The position numbers and the translations under genes are program-made. The notes beneath the pieces are model-generated. The model saw only the letters and a program-made list of their open reading frames with translations. It was not told the DNA's origin and did not search any database. A stretch of DNA of 63,986 nt, counting the filler, from Sphacelaria rigidula (Eukaryota): the NCBI GenBank assembly GCA_964200075.2. It is 3 parts of 3 records of this genome, joined end to end, with 100 filler letters (N's around TTAATTAATTAA, not from the genome) between each part and the next. Parts side by side here need not be neighbours in the genome. Positions count along the whole stretch, not along the records: positions 21,389 to 42,649 come from CAXNAA020000444.1; 2 more parts are not named here. The stretch is one strand, 5' to 3'. Positions 25,936 through 38,459 of the stretch are shown in pieces; positions within the stretch are counted from its first letter, which is position 1; each line of letters opens with the position of its first letter.

Positions 25936-27787
25936 GTGCGTTGTCGTTGGTGGTGTTTGCAGGCACCACACAAGCAACATATGTGTGGCACCTGTCCATG
26001 ATCATGTAGGTGTGTTGGACACGGATCTACGTGGTGGTTATATCACCCCTAGCTGGATATGGTGCGTGTAGCTGGCCACTCCATGAAATCAGAAAGTGAA
26101 AATGTGGGAATCCTAACCCTAAGAAATGACGATATGCCAATGTAATGGGGTATAACAAACGACCTTTAGTGTGCTGGGGTCGTTGCATCCTGAGCTTGTA
26201 GTCCATGATGGAAGCAATGAACTCGCTCATTCCTCGGCGCCTTTTGCTCTTCATTACCGAGTATAATGCCAAATCCAGAGTGATGAGTCGGTCACCAGTG
26301 GGCCGGGCTGTATGGCGGCGTTTGGTGAAGTAGTTTTCGGTGCAGCGACAACGCCGACGTGAACAGGCCGTTTCCATGCATATAGTGATTCTCAATGATT
26401 CGAAAGCATGGCACTGCCGTATCGGACTGACTGTTCCAACAGCACAGTAGCGGCGAGCCCGTCAACGATATATGTATACGGTCGCGTATGTGATGACTTC
26501 GATAAACCCACAGCTTTTGTCGGACAGCTAAAGAGTGTAGACGCATTTGGCGTGCGCACACGTTGCAGAAGCCATGTGGCAGAGGCCGGCCATGTCTAAA
26601 TATTTTTTCTCAATCTACCGTGTTGTTTTCTTCCTTCTCTGCTTTTTTTTCTCCCACGAGTATTTCGGTTTTGTTTCGTCTCGGGCACGTCTATCTTGTG
26701 ACCACGGCTGGATCTCTTGGGGATCAGTTGACGCCCTACAATCAATCAAAATCAAAACACGATGGAAGGCGGGCAGTGCTGCGAATGGGTTGGGTGATGG
26801 TTTAATGTTGTCCTTGAGGTTGCATTCGAGGGGCCTTACCCCTACGAGGGACCGGCAGAATTTGACGTACACACGCGCAACCGGCATGGAACCGCAGCAG
26901 TGAGATCGGCAACAAACCCTTGCGGCTTGAGCGAGAGCTCGTGGCGTTCAGTTTATGGAAGGGAGATGACCGCGCTTGGCTTTCGCGTTTCGAACATGCA
27001 GGCAACTATCCCATCCCGCTCGCTCAACCGTAATGACCCCAGCGTAGCCTGCTGTATTCCTGATGAGCATGAATTTCAACTTGAGAGGTGGAGTTAGCGT
27101 CCACCCGTCCTGTGTTGCCATTCCCCGAAGCTTGAGTGGCGTTCAAACATCCGGTTATCAGGATAACCAACCTCTGGCGCCTGAAGAGCTATGGTGATAT
27201 CTGCGAAGGCTTTGTGGTTGTTCCAAGCTGTAACATCATTTCCTGAGCTGTCCCCACTGTGGGGGTCCATGCTGCATGCTTCAATGCTGACGCAAACGGT
27301 ACAAACATGCGTTCAAGCGTATGTGGTGGAGCCACCACAACGCTTCTCTAAACCAGAGAGCAAAACGGTACAGTCTCCAAGTTGTCGGTAGAATGTGCTC
27401 GAAATAAATAACTTGATTTTCGGAAAGACTTGCTCTGTTGTCCTCGGTCCCGCATGGCATTGCCAAGCTCATCCTGTATTTCCTGTGACGCATCCACATC
27501 CTGGACACTAGATGACGTCGCGGAAAAGTGTACTTTGTACAGTATCGACTATTGCGTCCAATGCGGTAGACAACAGATTCCATACCGTACGCAGCACATT
27601 GTTTTAGCATGTGATCGTTGTTCAGGGTGTGGACGCATCTGTCCTGGCCCTTCACTTGGCGATGCCGAGATGGTCCTGTGTGTCATCACGACGGAACAAT
27701 GCCATACGTCCCAGCCATTCGCTCTCGCCTAGAGATTTCATTGGCGGATTGGCTCTACTCTCTGTGCTCTCTCCCTTGGTGTCCCAG

Positions 27788-27911
27788 GTCCGACAATGCT
27801 ACCTCCACGGAACGGAGGAAGACGGTTCGGCGGGTAAGGTCGTGGCGCGGCTGTTCAATACTGCGGTGTCTGCGGGAAAACGAGCACGAGCAGAGACGAG
27901 TATCAGCAAAG
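27788..27911 (+). CDS. hemA: Glutamyl-tRNA reductase, exon 3 of 5
   Basis: VRQCY...RLFNTAVSAGKRARAETSISKG. CAG acceptor and G|GTAAG donor. Confidence 0.93.
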
Positions 27912-28233
27912 GTAAGGGTATTTCTGGTGCGTCATTTTGGCGGCAACATCGACTCGACGTGTGATTTTGATGCGGAGGGAAAACGCGTGTCGCGGCACGT
28001 TGTATCGAGGCTCTACTCAGAGGTCATCACCAGCATATATGGGTGTAACCTCGGTTGCGGAAGTTTTGGCCTCTAAATAAGCAGCGTTCAAGTATACCTG
28101 CAGATATATTCTCAAGCACCGATTTTTTCGTACGGAATCCTGCTCCGGCGATTTTTTGTCCCCATCACCTGACACCGTCGGAGAGTCTCACGTCTGCGGC
28201 TTTCTCAACACACGTGCTGTCCGACACGAACAG

Positions 28234-28871
28234 GTGCGGTTTCCATTTCTTCGGCAGCAGTAGAGTTTAGCGCCATGCGCTCGCAACGGGATCTGAACAA
28301 GCCTCTGGACAAGTCCGCGGTGGCCATTATCGGCGCCGGGAAAATGACGCGACTGCTGCTGGTACACCTGGACTCTTTGGGCATCAAAAAAGTCATCCTG
28401 GTAAACCGGTCAATGCCCAAGTGTACCGAGCTCATGGAGGAATTCCCAGACATCGAGATGGATGTTAGACTGGGTGCGGAGGATCCTACGGAGTTGGAGC
28501 GGGCCATTGGCGAGGCGGATGTTGTTTTCACGTCCACAAGTGCAACCGGTTGCATCGTAACCAAGGGCCAGTTGGAGAGGTTGGGCACGGGGAAGGACCG
28601 GCCGGTGATGTTTGTGGATATTTCTGTTCCGAGAAATGTGGAGGCGGACTGTTCGGACGTGCCTGGCGTGTTTGCGTACGATGTGGACGATCTCAAGATG
28701 GTTGTGGCGAGGAATACTGCGCTACGGAGACGGGAGATGCTCGAGGCGGAGGATATTTTGGCGGAGGAGCACAAGAAGTTTTCGGGGTGGCAACAGTCGC
28801 TCACGGCCACTCCTGCCATTTCGAAGATGCAAGCGAAGTTCGAGGATATGCGTCAACAAGAGCTGCGAAAG
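28234..28871 (+). CDS. hemA: Glutamyl-tRNA reductase, exon 4 of 5 (NADPH-binding domain)
   Basis: AVSISSAAVE, IIGAGKM, NRS, DISVPRNV and YDVDDL motifs. Phase is consistent with exon 3. Donor AAG|GTGGG. Confidence 0.95.
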
Positions 28872-31509
28872 GTGGGTGACGAGTTGACAAAAACTCTTGT
28901 TTATGGTCACATGTTTTGACTGGAATGGCTTTGGCGTGTGTTGCCCCTTGAAAGTCTGGGCTTCGAAGGACGAGAAAAATCGCTGATTGGTGTGTCTGTT
29001 TAGGTTCAAAACGTGCAAGTGAAGGGATTTGACTCTTCTGCGCTGCTCGCCTTCAATCAAGTTGAAGACATGATGTTGAAAAAAAAATCACACCCTGGGC
29101 ATCATGTCGAGAGTATCAAGAGGCCTATACTTTATGCAGTACATTCTTTGTATTGAAACTATTGACCACATTTGTTCAGGATGTCAAGATGTACGAAGCG
29201 AAGCGTGGACGTCGTTTAGATGCCGTTAGCAACCACAACTGTAAAATGACCCGTATCGAGATGGACGATGAGTCAGACACGCACAACCCATGCCGTCCGA
29301 AAAAAAAAAGCGCTCCATATCCCCCCAATTCTAATGAACTCTATCACCATTCGTCGAATTTCTCTTCTTCGATACAGCCGAGTACAGGGAGCTTCAACTC
29401 CCGACCTCAGCGTACCTACACAACGGTTCCACAGAAGAGGGGTTAATTTACAAAGGCTGGAGGTGTCTTACAAGGGCTGCACCTATCACGGGGTCCGCTG
29501 CCCATGAGCTCCCCGTTTAATGCCGTAAATGTAATTTGGACATGAAGCACTTTTGTGCGCAAGCGCTCCAGTGACGGGTCAAATCTATCATACGCTCATA
29601 CTAGTACTTCCGAGTTCTTGTGAGCTTGATGGTTCCTTGAATATTTTGACGATTTTTGCGGTCGAACTGAATCGTGATGCTTCTAGACGCATGACAGGTA
29701 TCACCGAAACATCGACACCCTCACCATGTACCCCCAGTGTAGTCAAGAGCAGCATCGTTTGTTTGAGATGAACAAAACGGTGGATATCAGCCCCCGCGCG
29801 GGCGGACGAATTTTCCTATCCTGGAAAAACCATGGGCACAACCTCCACGTGATAATTTTCCAATGATTTAAGGATGTTTTCTTATACTTATATGTACGTG
29901 CACTAAATTCTTCACTCTTGATGAGTCGTGGCTATCTTGGAGCAGCCGAAACAAAAGCGCGGCAACATTAGCACGCAAGTTGCTCTAACTTCAAATGAGC
30001 TAGTCAGGACCCGTCGGTTCGAGTGCTTCAACTTCACTTGGCGTTTGCGAAGCCAGACTTCACCGCAAGATTTTTGAACCCACACTATTGGCAGGGATTC
30101 CCGGGTCGCCTTTTCGATGAGCCTGACTTGAATACTATGGACTGGTAAGAGATCGGATGTAGAAGTTGTCACTTCCAGTGAAAAGAGTGATGATATCGCA
30201 ACAGCCACCACAGATTCGACGTCTCCATCAAATGTTGAGCTGGAGCACCCCTTTCGATTTGAGCCAAGAGTGGGACTGTGAGACTCTCGCCTTGACCACA
30301 CCATTGCCTTGGGTTACAGTCTTGGTGCATGCATGACTACACGTACTGCTGGAGCAATGACCGCCACTATTTCGCTGTACTGTATGGAGACGGCAAATTT
30401 GCAGGTGGTCGTGGCTCATCTGCGAACAGATGACGCGAAGCACATACCTGGTACTCCCTCCTACTGTACGTGTCAAAAGACATCTTGTGTAAATACCCGA
30501 CTTTCAGCCTGCATACCCTGCGGATAACAATCTTGAAATATCGCACACGTTGGACAATAAGTGGTCAACATATGCAATAGACCAAAGGTGTACTGGGTCA
30601 AGCCTGGGCTTATTGCAGCGACCGTCGGTCGTCAATAGTTGGAAAAGGCTTATACTTTACCCAGTACATTTTGTCCATTGCAGCTGTTTCTCACATGTTG
30701 TCATTGTCCTGTCCAGTGTGTGAAATATTCGGTAGAGTTGGGTAGCCGTCCTTACCCTACCCAACTATTGTCGACCATTCCCAGCAATATATAAATATGT
30801 GTGTTTGATATCATGCAGGTGTTGTTTCTCCACCAAAAGAAGTCACAGTTTTTTTTTAGTATTATTTTAGGTTTTGGTATCGAAGAATTCAATTTGTGGA
30901 CACATGTCGTGCAGGGCCAGGGCACGTGCGTATCACACCTGGGTAAAAAGCTAGCCCTAGAGCTGAGCTTTCACCCGAAGTGTCTGGTCAACTCTTGTGG
31001 CACTCGTCGAATGTGGCGAACAGGAAAACAGAGTTGCGGGGGAAAGCAGGAGGCGGAATATTAACGGGACCTGCACGAGCACGTATCGGTTCGGTACTGT
31101 CCGACTCCGCCTAAGAGGGTGGACGGAAATATTTCCCAATGAGTAAGCCTAGAGGAACCAAGATTGAGAATTTGAAGGCGTGCACCGGCGTTGTTTTCCG
31201 TGGCGAGTGTTACTGCTAATGCGCAGGCTGGACTGGTTTGTGACTGTTGATTGAGGGTGTCTTGACCGTGCAAGAGTATCTCGCAGGTTCGCTCAAGTTG
31301 TCGGAACCTGTTATTTTCACCCAAATCTTGGCATGGGTCATGGTTTTCACAGCTGCGGTTTGTATTCGGTGCACAGTGTGGGGCTGTACAAGATGACGGC
31401 ATCGCTCCGATGCATCATATGGCCGTCCCTTGTGTCTCTTGAGATCCCCATGACTAACTTGGCATACAATTTATCTTGCTTGTGTCATGTGCTCGTGTGT
31501 TGGGAACAG

Positions 31510-31692
31510 GCTGAAAACAAGCTCAACAATCTGTCGAAGAAGGAGCTGGAGGTTGTGGAGAAATTGTCCAAGGGTATTGTGAACAAGATGCTCCACGGTC
31601 CCATGTCCGCGTTGCGCCAGCCAGACGGTCCTGAGGAGAAGAAGATGACGCTCAAGCTCCTCAAGGATATGTTCAAGCTTGAGAAGCTCTAG
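31510..31692 (+). CDS. hemA: Glutamyl-tRNA reductase, exon 5 of 5 (dimerisation domain)
   Basis: LSKGIVNKMLHGP motif, CAG acceptor, TAG stop. The joined CDS is 1809 nt (602 aa). Confidence 0.93.
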   Translation, partial: AENKLNNLSKKELEVVEKLSKGIVNKMLHGPMSALRQPDGPEEKKMTLKLLKDMFKLEKL

Positions 31693-34600
31693 GCAAGGCG
31701 GGAAAAGCTTGAGAATGCAGGAGACTTTTCGCTCTTTCCGAATTTGTGTTTTTTGTTTTTTGTTTTTGAGTACCGAAGTTTCATCTCGGAAAGAGAGGCT
31801 GCTGTGGTATACGGCGCTACCTACGCCACAACCCTCACTGAGAAGATGAATCTAGGCGAATCAAAACAAGCACTTTTTCATTTTTGTGTGATGGGAATAT
31901 TTGCGATGGGGCGAAGGAGGTCGCTGAGTGTACGGTAGTGCAGTACGGTACGGGAGGAAATAGACGTGGACGCTCATTGCCCCGGCGAGAACTACACAGT
32001 ATGGTTAAAATCTCTGTCCTCGCAGGTGACGGTGCGCTTTTTGATGACAAACCTGGGCATTTCATCGGCAACAGGAAGATTTTAGTGTCCTCGGTCTTTT
32101 GGCATCAAAGCTTGGTATGTTATGAGAACAGCCAACCGTTACGACTACTAGTTAGAGAAAAAAAAGAGCGGGCTAGATGCAGATCACTAGTGATTTTTTT
32201 TGCTGTTTCTAGATAAATCGTAGTTTTTTAGCCTTCTCTCACGCGCTGCCGTTGAGTCGTGATGCGGGCAATACACCCTCTAGACGGGGCGGGCAGGTAT
32301 TATGCAGGACCGACCGATTTTCACTATGTTCATGTTTGGTGGGGTCCGGGGGTTCGACGTCGTACATTTGCTGTGATGTGTCGGGGCAAGTTGAGCAATT
32401 TCTGCTGGCCGTTGTCCCTTTCGTGCGTGCGTGTGCTACACGGTCCAGGAGGCACCATGGTTTTCGCAAATTGAGGGTACCTTTCATGGTTCACTCCAAG
32501 TCGACCCATCTTTCATGCTGTGTTTTTCTTTCCGGAATCACTGTTGTGTGCTTACAGCTACACTCGATATCTTACCCCGAGTTATCGGAGGCGCCGGTGT
32601 GAAGCTAGTAGAGGAAGATTACAAGGGTCGGACGAGTGAATGATTCGCCTGGAAATGATTTGATCGTAGTGTGATTGATTCGTGCCGTTTGAATCAATCC
32701 TTGAGCTTCGTTCTCAGCGTTGCAACCGGGGTACGCGCAGCCCAGGCACGTGGATTGGCGTAAACATTGCGTGGAGACCTGGTTGAACAGCGGTCAACTT
32801 TCCTCTCTCTTTCAAGTAATCAGGCGTGAAAAATCGTGGAGTTGGTGATTCAAACCGACGATGGTTCGTCTGAACCGTGGAAGGTCATAGTCTAGAACGG
32901 CACTCAGTCAGTGAAATGTAGGCATTCGACAACTATTTCTGGAAATCTGGAGTAGCAGATATCTGGTGTTTGACGAGGCCGATGCAATGAAAGTTTTCAT
33001 TAAATTTATGCCACAGCTTGGAGATTTCATCCGAGTCGCTGCTGAACTGGCTCGGCGGAATTCATCCCCCAGCATGGGTGAGCGTTTCGGTTCCTCAAGG
33101 GTTTCAAACACGAGCATAATAGAAACTCGATCTGTTGAGGCTGTGAAGGGTGGTACATGAAGATGCATATTATGCTGACATGGGTTGTTTTTTCGTTCCT
33201 TCCTCAAAAGAAAGTGACGAGGGTTTTTTTACTTGCAGTTGTGATGATGTGAACTTGGGATAAGCGTGATCAAATATTTGACGTGGCATAACGATGACGC
33301 ATGAATGGCCAACATATGAACCCTAGCGTCAACGGGCTAATTTGAACGGCGTTGCGAACACGTGTGTAGTTTCTCACACTACACTTGTTACTGTGGATGT
33401 ACGATTAGTACGAATTTGGCTGGCGTAACAGTCTTGCGCCAAAACCAACACCAACTTCATGCGTTATCTTTATACCTGCACAAAATTTGCGGATGCTTAC
33501 ACTTGGCCCGCGTACACAAACCATCGCGCTTTTGTAGAGAAAATTTGCTCGTTCCCCCTTATGGAAGAGAAATGCTACGGTAGGGGTGCACGTTTTTCGC
33601 GATATTTTGTCTGGTTCAGGGGCTACTAATGATCCTAGACGCACAAGAAGAATATGGGTCAGGGCATCCCCGTTTGCAGACTTCTTCGGGATATCCCCAG
33701 CACATTGGAATAGTAATCCTGGCACATTCTCGCACATTTTCACAAGTCGTGTTTCGGATGAGATGATGAACACACCGCCTCTCAATGCTCATCACCTACC
33801 ACGTTTACATTTATGGCATCATTGTTTCGTGTCATGTCCCGACTACCCACCACTAGTCCGGGCAAATTTGGGCAAGGCGTGAGATAATGTTGCTACTTCG
33901 GCTACAGGTTGTCACTAACGTGCGCTCGTGTTGTGATATATATGTAGACGTTGTCGGCATCTGAGGTCATCGGGACAGGGTGAGCAAGGAGCAGAAGCAA
34001 ATAGTGCTTTCCCCCCAGTTAGAGTGACGGTGCCCAATCATTTTTCCAGGTGTGGGAAAAGCACTCTTTTGGGCTTGAACCTCACTTCATATACTCATCC
34101 ATTTCTTGTGGAGCGTCCGCAAATATTTTCTGAGTTTAGAATTGTTGGGAGCCTTTCATCTCAGCAGTAACCATGCTCAGGATCTTTGTATATATGCAGC
34201 TGACCGCATCCGCCAACGCCTCGGCAATAAACTGGGGGACAGAAGTTTGCGTCCCCCCCCCACCTCAAAATGGTGAGAAACCCATGAGGCAGTGTGTAAG
34301 CCGTGACTGTCTCAGGAAGTGGCGATACCGGACGATAAATAGAGCAATTCATTGCAGGCTGTCATCCAAATGCAAGATAATCAGTACGAACCATCACACA
34401 GGGTAGCCGCAAACACGACATTTTGATCTTGGGGACTACGTGCCCCGAATTGATTTTTTCACAGACCCGTGGGAGATCCTGAGAAAGTGGGAACGGATTT
34501 TTTATGGAGTCTCGAAATTGTGCCGAAAGCCTCCTTTCCCCCCCTCTCCCTAGCCTGGTCCGGCGAAAACTCGGCGTGCTCCGCCCCGGCTTTGTAGGGA

Positions 34601-34859
34601 TGCGGGGTCAATGGTCTTATGACTATGGCATGCATGATAATGAGACTCGGTACACCTCCCCCCATCCCACTCCTGCCGGCCTCATTTCTTTTTTCGTCCT
34701 CGACCCCGCCCCTCCCCCGCCCCACGCCCCGGGCGCTCCCTACTCCTTACGGTGGTGGTCTGGGTTGTTCGAAATTGCAATGCGCAGCTTACAGTGGGTA
34801 CTTTTGAAGGTTTCTGGGTTGTTTGCCATCATATATTATTTGTGCCTTCCGAACGGTAG

Positions 34860-35238
34860 GAACATGTTCATGAGAGAGTGGATTTTTTTCGCAACAGGTT
34901 TTTCGTCATCTATACCACCAGGACGGTCGAATGATCCGAAACCGCCTTCTACCCTCTGGAAACCCATAATCTGACGGGACTTCTGATGCAAAAGTATTTG
35001 AAATCGGCGTGGTCAGGGCAGAGTTCTGAAGGAATTTGTGTCTCGAAAGAAAAAACAACTTTCTCGGGCGTATCTCATTGCAGGCGTCACTGATTTCAAA
35101 TCTGTTTACGCCGAAATTCCCGTGAGATCACTTCTTGCAGGGTGGGGACGGCCGTTTTGGACGATTCGACGGCCTTGGTGAAATTCACGAAAACCTCCCG
35201 TTCCGAAAAAAATCCGCTCCTTATCCCAGGGACATTTC
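34860..35238. mobile_element. Foldback/MITE-like element, family B, copy 2
   Basis: Similar to 19136-19789 (GGACGATTCGAC...AAACCTCCCGTTCCGAAAAAAAT) with an inverted left arm. Confidence 0.7.
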
Positions 35239-35409
35239 AAGGGTTTTACTAAATTCCGGCATGCGAGAACATACTTTATGGCAACCAATCTCGATTTGTA
35301 CCAACCTGACGATTGAGAAATTTAACCCGTTTACAGGCGATTTTTTCCCGTAGATTGACCTTTCGGCCCTCAGTCCGTTGGGCAATATTTTTCGACCACC
35401 TGCGGTGCC

Positions 35410-35761
35410 GGTCGCCCCGGTGGCTCAGTTGGTAACCTCGTAACCTTCTGAAAGTTGAGTTGTGGGGTTCGATTTTCTCACACCATGCCCAACAGTGGAG
35501 AGCGACTATGTCGTGGGTAAACAAAATTCGACTTAGCGGTCGACGAGGGAAGAGACTGCTGAACTCCTTTCGCGATAAAAAATGAAAATAGGCAAGCACC
35601 GCAGAAGGAAGGTGGGGTACTAAAATCAAATAAAAAAGAAAAAGCTCCTGTGCTGACCTTCCTTCTGTGTGACCCTGGCTGATGCGCCCGCGTATCCCGA
35701 AGGGGGTAGACTGGCGCTCAGAATAAACGTGCCGACACACACACACACACACACACACACA
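35410..35761 (+). mobile_element. tRNA-derived SINE, near full length
   Basis: Head GCCCCGGTGGCTCAGTTGG (A box) and GGTTCGATT (B box-like), then a unique body and a (CA)n tail. At least seven related pieces occur in the window. Confidence 0.85.
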
Positions 35762-37407
35762 ACGATTTCTCTTTAATGGGGGAAGATGAGGGAGTGTCCC
35801 GATTTGAGCAGAAAGGTGACTTACCAAAAGTGAAAATCCAGAAAATCGAAGAATTCCTTATTTGGTTTGCTCACAGCTAGCCGGAAAACATCGCTCGACA
35901 GACTGTGGTCGGAAAGCTCAATCCACAGGAGAAAATCGCCTGTAGGCGGGCTAAAACCCTCGCATTTGTACGAATCAAGATTCTCGCCCGTAGTCGGACC
36001 CTGTGTTCATGTTTACCTGTCGCGCGTCGAGTTTGGAAAACCGAGTGCCACTCCCTGAAGTCCGAATGGCCACCTGCGGCACCGGATCTTTTGAGGTTAG
36101 CAGGATGCACTCCCTTTCTTATTTATTCCTGTTTGCTTGTATCGCGTTTTGTGAGTTTTTTCACTCTGGATCTATTTTATTTTATTTTGGTTTCTTCTGC
36201 TNNNNNNNNCAATGTACCGCGCAGATATCGGAACGCTATCTAATGTGAAGACAACAACAACAACAATAACAACAACAACAAGATTGGTTGCCATAAAATA
36301 TGGTCCAACAGGCGATCCTGAAAAATGGAAACGATTTTCTATGGCAATGAACAGAGGTCGAAGTTGTCGGTGAAATTGGATCTAGAACCCATCAATCGTG
36401 TCTTCATCGGTCGTTCTCGAAGATCTCATTCCCATTTTTCAGGATCGTCTGTTAGATACGAAATTGGCACCTCAGGCGATGTTCGCGGTTCACTTTTTCT
36501 AGATGGGATGTTCAGTAAGTCGACACCGAAAGAAGATGGACGTCACGCACTCTGTCTGGGACTAAATCTGTCGGGTGGTACCTTAATTTGTAAATCTGTC
36601 ATTTGATCTTCAGTCGGATTTATTCTCGTCGGAGGGATATAAATTTCGTTGCAAAATGCAACGATGTGATTGGTGGCTACCACTCTTGACCCTTCTGAAC
36701 CAAGAAACACATGATGCGTTCGACGTTCGTTTACATGTAGCTGCAAATCTTCCTCTTCATTTTAATGTCGGAACTTTCTCGTGTTTCCTTGAGCGATGCA
36801 TGAATCGAAGTCAGTTTGCACTGGCCACCTTTCACGCATTCACTATTGAAAAATGCAATATATCCAGCGCGCGTACGAGTACTTCTCGCAGTCGTCTCTT
36901 AGCTTCATCCAAATAAGTATACGTTCATCCAGGTGGCATTAATCACGAAAATATTCGTCAGGATAAGATGAGTTAATTTTCAAAAATATTTTTTCATCAA
37001 ATCAACCGAATCACGTTACAGTCAGAATTTGACACAGCCAGATTCGGCTGGCTACAAGAAATAAAAGGCACCGCTGAAAGGAGTATTGATACAGCAGGTG
37101 GTGTCTTTTCAGGGAAAAGCGGTACCATGCACCATCAATTGTCCGCACGATCGCCACATGCCCGCGCCGACAGTAACATATTACACGCCCCTTGCCAACC
37201 TCCATGCGAAGGAAAACAAACGCAACAACACAACCAATACAGCCTTGAAAAATAAAACATGAGAACGATCACCGAAGCACGTGCGCGATACTGCCTCCCT
37301 AGACAACTACTGTCAACAAGCTACGCGCCGAGAAAAAACAACACATCTCCCCACGAACGCAACACCATAGCTGCAGACAAGGCGCCAACAAATCAAACAG
37401 AAAGATG

Positions 37408-38130
37408 TCAGACAAATGTCACCGTTACGACGCCGTCGCGGCCCCCTTCCTCCATAGCGGGCAAAACCCCCGCTGCCCACCCCTCCCCCCCTCCAAACGG
37501 CACGGGCGCAAGTGACCGATACGCGGCAGGCGACACATCGAAGCCGTTCACGTGTGTCAAGAGGCAATTCTCCCCAACGGGAATACCGGCCTCCGCGCAC
37601 GGTGACCCTTCAACTGCGGTTGCGGTAACCCACGATCCTGTCGCCCCGGTACCTCTCGTTTCTACGGGTGTCAGTCCCATGATCCCGGAAGACGAGTCCT
37701 TCCGAATCGACACCGTTTTTTCGTCGGGAAACGAGAACCACAGTCGTACCGCCTGCTGGAAGGAGGAAAGTCGGCTTTCGAACGTCCCTACGTAAGCCGA
37801 CTTCACGTTCCGAGGCAAGGTGACCGTTTGCATACTGATGACGTCTACTCGGATGCCTATAGAGCGGAAGCCGTTCACGAATTGATGCGCGCGAGCCATG
37901 GTCTCTCGCACATCTTCCCACTCCTCACCGCCGTAGCCAATGCCGATCACGCTTCCACCGCTTCCGCCGTTTTCCCCGTCACCCCCCCCTATGGTTACCC
38001 CCGCGCGGCGCTTGAGCAAGGGTTGCCATGTGCCCACGTGCACGTACGGTTTATTCGCGCCTTCGAGTGCTAGCTCAGCCGCAACGCTTGCTCTATAGAT
38101 CGGCGGTGCGCACCTGAAGAGTATTTTCAC
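37408..38130 (-). CDS. Terminal exon of an uncharacterised gene with a C-terminal PDZ-like region
   Basis: 240-codon open frame starting right after a CAG acceptor. TVSIRKD...MGL...VTATAVEGSPCAEAGI...LLTHVNGFDVS resembles a PDZ signature. Upstream exons were not securely identified. Confidence 0.7.
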   Translation of the reverse strand: MKILFRCAPPIYRASVAAELALEGANKPYVHVGTWQPLLKRRAGVTIGGGDGENGGSGGSVIGIGYGGEEWEDVRETMARAHQFVNGFRSIGIRVDVISMQTVTLPRNVKSAYVGTFESRLSSFQQAVRLWFSFPDEKTVSIRKDSSSGIMGLTPVETRGTGATGSWVTATAVEGSPCAEAGIPVGENCLLTHVNGFDVSPAAYRSLAPVPFGGGEGWAAGVLPAMEEGGRDGVVTVTFV

Positions 38131-38459
38131 CTGATCAGTGTGGGGACAAGGAGAGAGAAGTTACGGGTTGGATAGTCACGTTTGTCGCGCTTATGCTGCC
38201 GTCGTCTGCGTCCCTCGCGCCTTGCTAGATGATCGATCGAGCATCTCACCAACAACGATAGCTGCAATAAGAATGCGTGGGCATACCTATCCTCTGTGGT
38301 TGATGTCATTCCTCGAGAGTATTCCTTGGACGGATCCAGTATTCCAAGGTTGTGTTCTGTAGGGTACAATTTTCTGTGTATCCGGGGTATTTTGCCGGGT
38401 GTTCACCGTACCGGACAGTTCTGTGACTTCTGTAAGACTTTCATACCGGTACCCGACAG

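Noticed and set aside
32900..33880. Several 100-126 aa ORFs downstream of hemA
   Set aside because: No recognisable motifs or coherent exon structure.
35410..35480. Possible tRNA gene
   Set aside because: It has A/B boxes but no complete cloverleaf, and is the head of a multi-copy SINE.
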